Shown: positions 8,598 to 15,785 of the stretch, in pieces
Numbering within the stretch: position 1 is the first letter of the stretch
Layout of the letters: each line of letters opens with the position of its first letter
IMG/VR virus record: IMGVR_UViG_3300045141_000191
Coordinates: 1-59,673 of that record
Direction: 5' to 3' (one strand)
Length of the DNA stretch: 59,673 nucleotides
DNA from: a virus
Lineage: Duplodnaviria > Caudoviricetes
Notes under the pieces: generated by a model
What the model was told of the DNA's origin: nothing
The model's database searches: none
Seen by the model: only the letters and a program-made list of their open reading frames with translations
Position numbers and translations under genes: made by a program

Positions 8598-8844
8598 CCC
8601 GTCCTCCATTCTCGGCCCCGTGGGCCGCCTGACACTTCGCCGCAATCGCCTCGATGTCCGAAACCCTCTGCTCCTCGGCCTCGTTCGCCGCCTTGAGGAT
8701 GAGCACGCCCAGCGCATGCGCTTGCGACGGGCGAAGGCAGACCTGATCCGTCACGCCCGGAAGCCAGAACGCGACCCAGCCGCCATGCTGGTACACGACC
8801 GCCGTCGCTTGCTCCGGCACGAACACCGTCTTGGGTTCGCTCAT
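8530..8844 (-). CDS. Hypothetical protein
   Basis: ATGA overlap with the C5 MTase stop; MSEPKTVFVP. Confidence 0.5.
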   Translation of the reverse strand: MSEPKTVFVPEQATAVVYQHGGWVAFWLPGVTDQVCLRPSQAHALGVLILKAANEAEEQRVSDIEAIAAKCQAAHGAENGGRDARTDQSPVSVDGPQKKVAAPD

Positions 8845-10664
8845 TCTTTCTCCCCGCCTACGTCGCAGAGTCTGCGCCCCAGCCACCCGATCACCGGCAC
8901 CGCCATCGAGTTGCCGAGCGCCTTATACCTTACCCCGTCCGCCGCCGGCTTGCCACGATACGGAACCGCCGTCCAGCGGTCCGGAAAGCCCTGCAGGCGC
9001 TCGCATTCCGTGGGCGTGAGGCGGCGGACCGCCGCAACCGCTTGCACGAGGTTCGGCGGCCCCTTGCTCGTGTCCGAGGAGTCAACCTGCTTGCCGTCGT
9101 ACGCGATCGCCGGCGCGTGCCCGCCCTTCGCGAGCGGGTGGCACGGATCGCCGGGCCTCGGGTTGGAATGGTTCGCCGGATGCGTCACCTGCGTCGTGTC
9201 GAACGGGAGCGGCGCGCCAGGAATCGCCACCGCCAGCGTCTTGCACGACGTGAGCGCACGCGTCTGGTCGGGCTTGTCCACGATGTACGCCCGCGACTTC
9301 CCGCGGAACGACGTGTCGGCGCCGCCCGCGCCAGCCTGCCAGTCGAACGAGGTCGGCGCCAGGATCGCCCCCGGTCCGTCGCTGCAGAGCGCGTCGGAGA
9401 CCTCCGCCTCCGGCTTGATCCCGACCTGGTTCGACCAGTCCGAGCCCCTGATCTGGCGCGGATTGATGAACCCCGGCACGAGAACCAGCGGATCTTGGTC
9501 GCCCTTGTCCGCATCGGCCGACAGCGGCGGCACGAGCTCACCCGGCTCGCCGTCCTTGCCCCGCGTGAAGTGCGACGGCTTGAACACGACCGGGATGAGC
9601 GTCTCGCACGTGTCGACGTCCGTGCCCGGTGGCCGATCGCCGCCCGTCCGGTTGCCGCCAGCCCTGAGCGTCGGGGCGACCGTCACGACCGGGACGCCGT
9701 GGCCCGAACCGTCCTCGCTGACCGACCCGGCCCGGTGCGCGCCGATCGTGTGGGCCACGTCGCCGTGAATCGCCGTGGCCACGAGGTTCGCGACCTCGTC
9801 GCCGGCCGGACCGCTCGCGCCCTTCGACCATTTCGCGCTCATGGCCTGCGAGACGAACTCCGGGACGTAGGGGACGAGCGTTGCCCGGTCGGTGCCGTTC
9901 GCCTTGCCGTGGCCCGGACCGCCGGCGGGAGGGCCGGAGCGCAGCGGGTCCGCTACCTCTGCGAGCCCGACCGGGACGAGCGTGTGCCCGTCCTCGCGGT
10001 CGATGCCGCCCGTCGCCGCACGGAGCGCCTTCGCGAGTTCCGCTACCCCGCCACCGCCTCGAGCGCCTTCCGGAGCGCCGGCGGTAACTCTTTCCCCCGC
10101 CGTGCGGCTCGGCGGAGGATTCCCCGACACGCTTTCGCCGTCAAAAAGTACCGCCGCGGCACGTCGCCAGTCTCGAGCGTGCGCGACAACGAACACACGA
10201 CGGCGTCGCTGTGCCACTCCGAAATACTGAGCGTCAAGAACGCGGTAGGCGAACCCATACCCGAGTTCCCCCAGGCCCCCGAGGAAGGAGCCAAAGGTTC
10301 GCCCCGCGTCGATGGACAGAACTCCGGGCACGTTCTCCCAAAGAATCCATTCGGGACGATAGCGTTCAGCGACTGCAAGAAACGTGAGGGTGAGGTTGCC
10401 TCGAGGGTCAGCAAGTCCCTGCCGAAGTCCCGCGACGCTGAAGGCCTGGCAGGGAGTTCCTCCGACGAGAAGATCGATAGCTGCATCGGGCCACTCCTTG
10501 AACTTCGTCATGTCGCCCCAGTTCGGGACGGTGGGGTAGTGGTGCGCGAGGAGGGCGCACGGGAACGGCTCGATCTCCGAGAACGCGACGGGCTCCATCT
10601 CGAGATCGCGCCACGCGACGCTCGCGGCCTCGATCCCGGAGCACACCGAGAGGTAGCGCATCAC
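8841..10664 (-). CDS. DNA (cytosine-5) methyltransferase with very long modular variable region
   Basis: Motifs I SVCSGIEA, IV GGTPCQAFS, VI ENVPG, VIII QRRRRVF, IX RRLTPTECERLQGFPD, X YKALGNSMAVPV. Confidence 0.95.
   Translation of the reverse strand: MMRYLSVCSGIEAASVAWRDLEMEPVAFSEIEPFPCALLAHHYPTVPNWGDMTKFKEWPDAAIDLLVGGTPCQAFSVAGLRQGLADPRGNLTLTFLAVAERYRPEWILWENVPGVLSIDAGRTFGSFLGGLGELGYGFAYRVLDAQYFGVAQRRRRVFVVAHARDWRRAAAVLFDGESVSGNPPPSRTAGERVTAGAPEGARGGGGVAELAKALRAATGGIDREDGHTLVPVGLAEVADPLRSGPPAGGPGHGKANGTDRATLVPYVPEFVSQAMSAKWSKGASGPAGDEVANLVATAIHGDVAHTIGAHRAGSVSEDGSGHGVPVVTVAPTLRAGGNRTGGDRPPGTDVDTCETLIPVVFKPSHFTRGKDGEPGELVPPLSADADKGDQDPLVLVPGFINPRQIRGSDWSNQVGIKPEAEVSDALCSDGPGAILAPTSFDWQAGAGGADTSFRGKSRAYIVDKPDQTRALTSCKTLAVAIPGAPLPFDTTQVTHPANHSNPRPGDPCHPLAKGGHAPAIAYDGKQVDSSDTSKGPPNLVQAVAAVRRLTPTECERLQGFPDRWTAVPYRGKPAADGVRYKALGNSMAVPVIGWLGRRLCDVGGEKE
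10043..10486 (-). CDS. Overlapping alternate-frame ORF inside the C5 MTase, M.EcoHK31I beta-polypeptide-like
   Basis: 147 aa ending SLSRTLETGDVPRRYFLTAKACRGILRRAARRGKELP; the GC3 bias of the host frame visibly relaxes across this interval. Confidence 0.65.
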   Translation of the reverse strand: MQLSIFSSEELPARPSASRDFGRDLLTLEATSPSRFLQSLNAIVPNGFFGRTCPEFCPSTRGEPLAPSSGAWGNSGMGSPTAFLTLSISEWHSDAVVCSLSRTLETGDVPRRYFLTAKACRGILRRAARRGKELPPALRKALEAVAG

Positions 10665-11209
10665 GGCGCCGCCTCATCGAACAGGTCGAGACTCCGCGCG
10701 GCCTCGACCTCTGCCATGCGCGGGATGCGTGGCGGCGCGGCCGGGTTCGCGAGCTCCCAGAGGAGCTTCACGGAGGGCGGCCGCTTGTCCTCGCGGTGGC
10801 GGCCCGGTCGGTCGCTCTTCCAGGGGTTGTTCCCGCGCTCGCCGATGAGCGTCCAGCCGGAGGCCCGGAGCGAGGAGCCGCTCTCGTCGGGCTGGGTGTA
10901 CGTGCCGATCCTGGAGTAGCCGAGGGCGAAGGCGGCACGGGCCGACGCGCCGTAGAGGAATGAGCACGCGTTGCGCGTCCCGTCCGTGCAGAGGCGCGTG
11001 ACCTCGAGCGTGTAGCCGTCATCGCGGGCCTGCGCGACGGGCCGACCGACGATCGAGACGCCGACGAGTTTCTCGAAGATGACGGGCTTGTCCTCGATGA
11101 CCGCCCCGAGCGAGAACTTGTGGCCGATGACGGGGGCGTGGTGCCGGTGGAGTGCCCGGACGAACGCGTTCGCCGTGGCGAGGTCGACGAGGGCGAGGGT
11201 CAGCTTCAT
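10661..11209 (-). CDS. XF1762-family, Mom-like GNAT-fold protein (putative DNA modification)
   Basis: HRHH..GHKFS, VGVSIVGRPVA, LEVTRLCTDGTRNACSFLYGA, TYT...ESGSSLRASGW. Confidence 0.75.
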   Translation of the reverse strand: MKLTLALVDLATANAFVRALHRHHAPVIGHKFSLGAVIEDKPVIFEKLVGVSIVGRPVAQARDDGYTLEVTRLCTDGTRNACSFLYGASARAAFALGYSRIGTYTQPDESGSSLRASGWTLIGERGNNPWKSDRPGRHREDKRPPSVKLLWELANPAAPPRIPRMAEVEAARSLDLFDEAAP

Positions 11210-12966
11210 TACCGGTTGCCCTCCTCGACGCTGCCGAAGAGGGGCGATACGTTCGCGATCCGCCGCTCGGCGATCTCCGCGTACTCCGGCTCCTTCTCGA
11301 TGCCGATGAACCGGAACCCCTCAGCCTCCGCGGCGACCCCAGTCGAACCGCTTCCGCAGAACGGATCGAGGACGACACCGCCGGGCGGCGTGACCAGCTT
11401 GCAGAGCCAGCGCATGAGGTCGGTCGGTTTCACGGTGGCGTGGACGTTGCGCATGGGCCGCGCCGTCTCGGCCCGGTGCGCGTCGATGCCGCCGCTGTTC
11501 CACTTCTGCGCCTCTCGCTCCGGCAGACCGTCGAGGCCCTCGTTGCGATCCCACGCGGACGCCTTACCCGAATAGAAAAAGCGCGTCTCGCCGTCGAGCG
11601 GATCGCCGGGCGGGGCCGGCGGTTCCGGCTCTGGCACCACTGGCGGCGGCGCCGTCGCGGCCGGTTCCTCCGGCATGGCGAACAAGTCCAGCTGCGCCGC
11701 GTCGCCCGACCCGTTGCGCGGAGTCGAGGCGGGCGGCTCGCCGTCGCGCGAGACGAAGAAGAAGCGGGACACGCCGCCGCCAGGATCGGCGGGCCACATT
11801 CCGACACCGTCGGCGGTCGATCCGGCGAACGCCCCGAGCGCGCCACCGTTGCCGCCCTTGATCCCAGTGCGTGAATCCTTCGCAGGGGCCATCTCACTCA
11901 TCCGGTCGAGTCGCCGCGCCGCCTCTTCATCGAGGCAGACGTTCGCGGGCCAGCGACCAGCCCCGAGCGGTACGGCCGGAAGTCCGCCCATGCCGTCGCC
12001 GTAGACCTGATTCTTGCGGTTCGGCTCGCCCGTGCTCCCGGTGCCCCCGTCCGTCCCGATCCGGCACGCGTCCACGTTGAGCGCCCCCGTGCCGTGCGCG
12101 AGCACGTTCGAGACGATCGTGCCCGCGACCGGCTTGCGGGCAAGGATCACCGGCTCCCACGCTGGCTTCAGGGCCGTCCCCCAGCCCGCCCACGCACGGG
12201 CCGCAGCGGTCGCGCCGCCGCCGTAGATTGGCTTGCCCGTCGAGGTGTCGGCCTCGAGGCCGTAGTTCGCCTTCCAGGTCTGAGCGGCCGCCGCGACCTC
12301 ATGCGCGCCGACGACCTCGCGCGCGGCGAGCGCCGTGTTCTCGATCGACCGGTCGCCCTTGCCGCCGTTGAGGCGCTCGACCAGCTCATCGAGCTCGTCA
12401 CCGAAGCCCAGGAACTCCTTCAGGCGCGCCCAGACCGGCCAGTTCGGAACCTCCGGCTGCGAGGCGCAGGACGTCCAGTGCCCGGCCATCCCGTTGAACC
12501 CGAAGAGGGCGTCGATCTCCCGGTTCGTCTTGCCCGCCTTGTCGCGCGCGGCCTTGAGGAATCCGGTCACGGCGTAGACGTCACCGGTCGGGGCGTTCAG
12601 CGGCGACCAGACATACTCCTTGCCCGTCTCGTCCTTGCGGTGCCCGCGGTCGATCGCCTTCGAGATATCGAGCGATTTCGGGAATCCGCTGCCGTAGATC
12701 CACGACAGGCAGTCGCGGATCTGGAACCCCGCGTCCTCGATCGCGACGGCGAGCCGGTGGAAGGTCCGCGTGCCGCCGAAGGCGACGAGGTGCGCACCGG
12801 GCTTGAGGACGCGGAACGCCTCGAGCCAGAACTCGACGCCGGGCACGCCGTGGTCCCATTCCTTCCCCATGAACGAGAGGCCGTAGGGCGGATCTGTCAC
12901 GACGCTATCGATGCTCGCCGCGTCGAGCTCGCGCATCCGCTCGCGACAATCTCCCAGTAGAATCAT
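11209..12966 (-). CDS. DNA N6-adenine/N4-cytosine methyltransferase (beta class) with inserted HTH and Pro-rich segments
   Basis: TDPPY near the N-terminus; HATVKP and VLDPFCGSGSTG near the C-terminus; YGSGFPKS. Confidence 0.92.
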   Translation of the reverse strand: MILLGDCRERMRELDAASIDSVVTDPPYGLSFMGKEWDHGVPGVEFWLEAFRVLKPGAHLVAFGGTRTFHRLAVAIEDAGFQIRDCLSWIYGSGFPKSLDISKAIDRGHRKDETGKEYVWSPLNAPTGDVYAVTGFLKAARDKAGKTNREIDALFGFNGMAGHWTSCASQPEVPNWPVWARLKEFLGFGDELDELVERLNGGKGDRSIENTALAAREVVGAHEVAAAAQTWKANYGLEADTSTGKPIYGGGATAAARAWAGWGTALKPAWEPVILARKPVAGTIVSNVLAHGTGALNVDACRIGTDGGTGSTGEPNRKNQVYGDGMGGLPAVPLGAGRWPANVCLDEEAARRLDRMSEMAPAKDSRTGIKGGNGGALGAFAGSTADGVGMWPADPGGGVSRFFFVSRDGEPPASTPRNGSGDAAQLDLFAMPEEPAATAPPPVVPEPEPPAPPGDPLDGETRFFYSGKASAWDRNEGLDGLPEREAQKWNSGGIDAHRAETARPMRNVHATVKPTDLMRWLCKLVTPPGGVVLDPFCGSGSTGVAAEAEGFRFIGIEKEPEYAEIAERRIANVSPLFGSVEEGNR

Positions 12967-13214
12967 CGGGCACCGATCGGCGTGTCGTCATAGGTACGGA
13001 ATGGCGGCGCGACCGGGACGCGGCCCGGATGCGTGACCGCCGCGCCCAGGCGGAGCCGTGACGCCGCGCGCAGCATCGGGTCGAGGCCGAGCCCTGCGGC
13101 CACGAGGGTCGAGACGAGCGGCCCCAGCGTCTCGCCCGTTCTGCGGTGCCGCTCGCGGAGGGCCTCGAGGACGACCGGGTCGAGACGGCAGCAGAAGTTG
13201 TTCCGGTAACTCAC
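12963..13214 (-). CDS. Hypothetical protein, possible ribbon-helix-helix regulator
   Basis: GTGA overlap with the queD stop; FCCRLDPVVLEALRERHRRTGETLGPLVSTLVAAGL. Confidence 0.45.
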   Translation of the reverse strand: MSYRNNFCCRLDPVVLEALRERHRRTGETLGPLVSTLVAAGLGLDPMLRAASRLRLGAAVTHPGRVPVAPPFRTYDDTPIGAR

Positions 13215-13570
13215 GGCCGGTACTCCGCCCAGCTTCGCGGCGTTTCGGAGACGCGCACGGCGACGAGCTGGGGAATGCGCTCGCGCCAGTCGGAGAAGAT
13301 CCAGAAGGCGAGGTTCTCGACGCTCGTGTGGAAGCGGAAGACCTCGTTGAGATCCCGGTGGTCGACCGTCTCGGCCACCCAGTCGGCCACCTTGTCGAGT
13401 CCCTCGCCGTAGTCCACGACGAACCCGTACTGATCGAGGTCCGCGCTCTGGAGTTCCATCGTCAGCACGTAGGAGTGGCCGTGGTAGCGCTTGCACTTGT
13501 GCCCGTCTGGGAGCGACGGCAGCGAGTGCGCCGCCTCGAATGAGAAGGATTTCGAGATCGTGAACATCAA
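13211..13570 (-). CDS. queD: 6-carboxy-5,6,7,8-tetrahydropterin synthase QueD
   Basis: FEAAHSL, CKRYHGHSY, DHRDLN, TSVENLA, VSET motifs of the PTPS/QueD family. Confidence 0.92.
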   Translation of the reverse strand: MMFTISKSFSFEAAHSLPSLPDGHKCKRYHGHSYVLTMELQSADLDQYGFVVDYGEGLDKVADWVAETVDHRDLNEVFRFHTSVENLAFWIFSDWRERIPQLVAVRVSETPRSWAEYRP

Positions 13571-14226
13571 TCGTCCTCCAGCGCTTCCGCGTCCTCGTCG
13601 TCGTTGAAAAAGAGCCGCAGGTTTTTCGACACGGTGCCCGTGACCCAGCGGATGAGCTCGCGCGTCTGTTCCGGATCACCGCGGAACCAGCCGGTGCCGT
13701 CCACGCTTTCGACGCCGAGATCCTCGCACTCGATGAGCCACTTGAGCGTGTTGACGCGGCCGACGTGGACCCGCTTGAACCGTGCGGTCCAGCGTGGGAG
13801 CGTCCGCCACTTCCACTCCGTCGAGCCGCCGACGAACACGACCGTCGCGTCCTCCGGCACGTCCTCCGCAGTCATCCCGTCCTGGACGGCGATGGCGAGC
13901 GGGAGCCCGCGCTCCTTCATCATCGGCGCGTACTTGTGCCAGCGCTCGAGCGTCGCCTCGCGGTTCGTGACCACGTCGGGAACGACCGCCCAGAGCGGGC
14001 GCGTCCTCGCCTCTGCCGCCCTGTCCATGAGCCGCAGCCAGCCCTCCTCATCCCACGGCAGACCCTTGCGCCACGCCGGGAACGCCCCGTTGTCGAGGGC
14101 GTACGGGAGGTAGTGCGTCGGATTCTTCCAGTCCCCCGGACCGAAGAGGAGCCCCATGCGCCCCGGCCAGAGTCGCCCCAGCTGCTTCGTGAGGGACGAC
14201 ATGTTGCTCGCCGGCATCACCATCAT
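13567..14226 (-). CDS. TGT-fold, DpdA-like DNA 7-deazaguanine transglycosylase
   Basis: True start probably ATG 14226 (ATGA overlap), 219 aa; LDNGAF, PDVV, AVQDG, FVGGS, HVGRVN, SVDGT parallel the TGT barrel motifs; coupled to queD. Confidence 0.65.
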   Translation of the reverse strand: MMVMPASNMSSLTKQLGRLWPGRMGLLFGPGDWKNPTHYLPYALDNGAFPAWRKGLPWDEEGWLRLMDRAAEARTRPLWAVVPDVVTNREATLERWHKYAPMMKERGLPLAIAVQDGMTAEDVPEDATVVFVGGSTEWKWRTLPRWTARFKRVHVGRVNTLKWLIECEDLGVESVDGTGWFRGDPEQTRELIRWVTGTVSKNLRLFFNDDEDAEALEDD

Positions 14227-14666
14227 CGGGCCGCCCCGAAGAGCCGCACGCGTTTCTTGTTCTCCTCGCGCCGTGCGTCGGGCACGCGGCGCAGCTTCTC
14301 CTCCTCGTAGTTCCCGTCTTGCCCGCAGCGCCCGCAGACGTAGTCGGGCGCGCAGTACCCGCTGTGGATCTCCGTGATGAGCATGAGCGGCCAGGGTTTC
14401 GGGTAGACGCCTTCGACGGCGACGCAGCACCAGGGGCACGGGGCGTGGCGGCGCGTGGTCTTGCCGCGCCCGTCGCAGACGATGGCGTTGCCGATCTGGT
14501 AGCACTCGTGCCACCTCTCGGCGAATTGCTCGACTGCCAGCGGAACGTCTTTCTTGAACAGAAGCTCTGGCTCGCGCCCCGCGAGGCACGGCGTCTTGCG
14601 CGACGGCCCGCCGCACGCGGCGCACTCCATGAAGCACTTCAGCGGCGTGCAGATGCAGGCGCTCAC
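14223..14666 (-). CDS. Cys-rich hypothetical protein
   Basis: GTGA overlap; several CxxC/CxC pairs. Confidence 0.55.
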   Translation of the reverse strand: MSACICTPLKCFMECAACGGPSRKTPCLAGREPELLFKKDVPLAVEQFAERWHECYQIGNAIVCDGRGKTTRRHAPCPWCCVAVEGVYPKPWPLMLITEIHSGYCAPDYVCGRCGQDGNYEEEKLRRVPDARREENKKRVRLFGAAR

Positions 14667-14881
14667 GGCTTCGCCTTCTTCGGCTTCGTCGTGTTCCGCC
14701 TGATCTCCTTCAGGACGCGCGGAATGCTCTGGAAGTCCGGGCATCGGAGCGTCTGGTTCATCTTCCGGAGCTCGTCGCGGATGTCGAGGAGGATCGCCGT
14801 GTTCACCCGCTCCCATGTCGGAGCCTGCCCCGCCTCGTCGCCGGGCACCCAGTTGAGGTTCGCGAGGCGCGTGCCGCTCAT
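14663..14881 (-). CDS. Hypothetical protein
   Basis: ATGA overlap; ILLDIRDELRKMN coiled segment. Confidence 0.55.
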   Translation of the reverse strand: MSGTRLANLNWVPGDEAGQAPTWERVNTAILLDIRDELRKMNQTLRCPDFQSIPRVLKEIRRNTTKPKKAKP

Positions 14882-15054
14882 GCGGCCCTCGCGTTCTTCG
14901 GCGCGAACTGGCGGCACGGGCACGTCGCCGCGCACGGGCCGCGCTCACCGGTTCGCGGGTTGTAGGGGTGGCGGACGGCGAGGCAGCCGCACTCGCATCG
15001 GCGGAGCGGGTGGCGCACGATGACCCGCTCGCCGGTTACGGAACCCTTCTTCAT
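14878..15054 (-). CDS. Small Cys/His Zn-finger protein, first gene of the modification operon
   Basis: GAGG SD; CECGC...H...C...CPC. Confidence 0.5.
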   Translation of the reverse strand: MKKGSVTGERVIVRHPLRRCECGCLAVRHPYNPRTGERGPCAATCPCRQFAPKNARAA

Positions 15055-15097
15055 GGGTCCTCTCTTTCTGGGCGTTAACGCCCTATCGGGGAACGGC

Positions 15098-15126
15098 ACG
15101 ATAGACGACCGCAAGCGGTTGCGCAA
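15098..15126 (-). promoter_or_regulatory. Sigma70-like promoter with GCAAGCGGTTGC operator
   Basis: TTGCGC-N17-TATCGT on the minus strand. Confidence 0.65.
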
Positions 15127-15132
15127 GGGGGA

Positions 15133-15258
15133 TCACTGTGCAACCCCCGACGGAGTGCCGAAAATCAGAACCAGCAGGTAGATCGTCGCCATGATGAGCA
15201 CGCCGATCAGCACGCCGAGCGCTACGGTTCCGGCGGCGCGCCAGTCGATCCGACTCAC
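15133..15258 (-). CDS. Small membrane peptide
   Basis: GTGA overlap with the HNH stop; one hydrophobic helix. Confidence 0.45.
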   Translation of the reverse strand: MSRIDWRAAGTVALGVLIGVLIMATIYLLVLIFGTPSGVAQ

Positions 15259-15785
15259 GGCGGCACCTGTCTGCGTCTGTGGTATCGGTGTCGTTGACGT
15301 TCGTTGTCGGCGGCCCGCCACGCCGGATCTTCGATGCGTCGGAGGCGCAGCACCTCGCAGCGAGCTTTGCTTTTGGCCACACGCTGGGCCGTACTCCTCG
15401 TGCGCTCGCGGTTGCACTGTCGGCATCTGCGCCCGCGCCCGCCGTTGCATGGCGCTACGTTGTCGCCATCGTACCGGTGGCCCTTCGGGCATGTCGTCTT
15501 CGCAGCGTTGATAGCGGTCGGCCCCACGCCGCGCAGAATATTCTCGCGCTTCGTGACCGGCTCCAGATGCGCCGGGTTCACACATGCACGCACCCGGCAT
15601 AGGTGATCGAGTTCCAGCCCGTCAGGCACCGGCCCGATGAGTAGTTCGTAGATCAGCACATGCGCGCGACGCACCGTTCCGCTGAATCCAACAGATGCGT
15701 AACCGTGGCCGTCTTTCGCGGCGCCCCAGAGCCAACAGCCCGATGAATCCTTAGTGAACTTCGCGGAAATTCGCGCGGGTATCAC
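15255..15785 (-). CDS. HNH endonuclease (free-standing homing-type)
   Basis: Start GTG 15785; CWLW, GYA, AHVLIY, LDHLCRVRACVNPAHLEPVTKREN, CPKGH, CRQC; lower GC than neighbours. Confidence 0.88.
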   Translation of the reverse strand: MIPARISAKFTKDSSGCWLWGAAKDGHGYASVGFSGTVRRAHVLIYELLIGPVPDGLELDHLCRVRACVNPAHLEPVTKRENILRGVGPTAINAAKTTCPKGHRYDGDNVAPCNGGRGRRCRQCNRERTRSTAQRVAKSKARCEVLRLRRIEDPAWRAADNERQRHRYHRRRQVPP

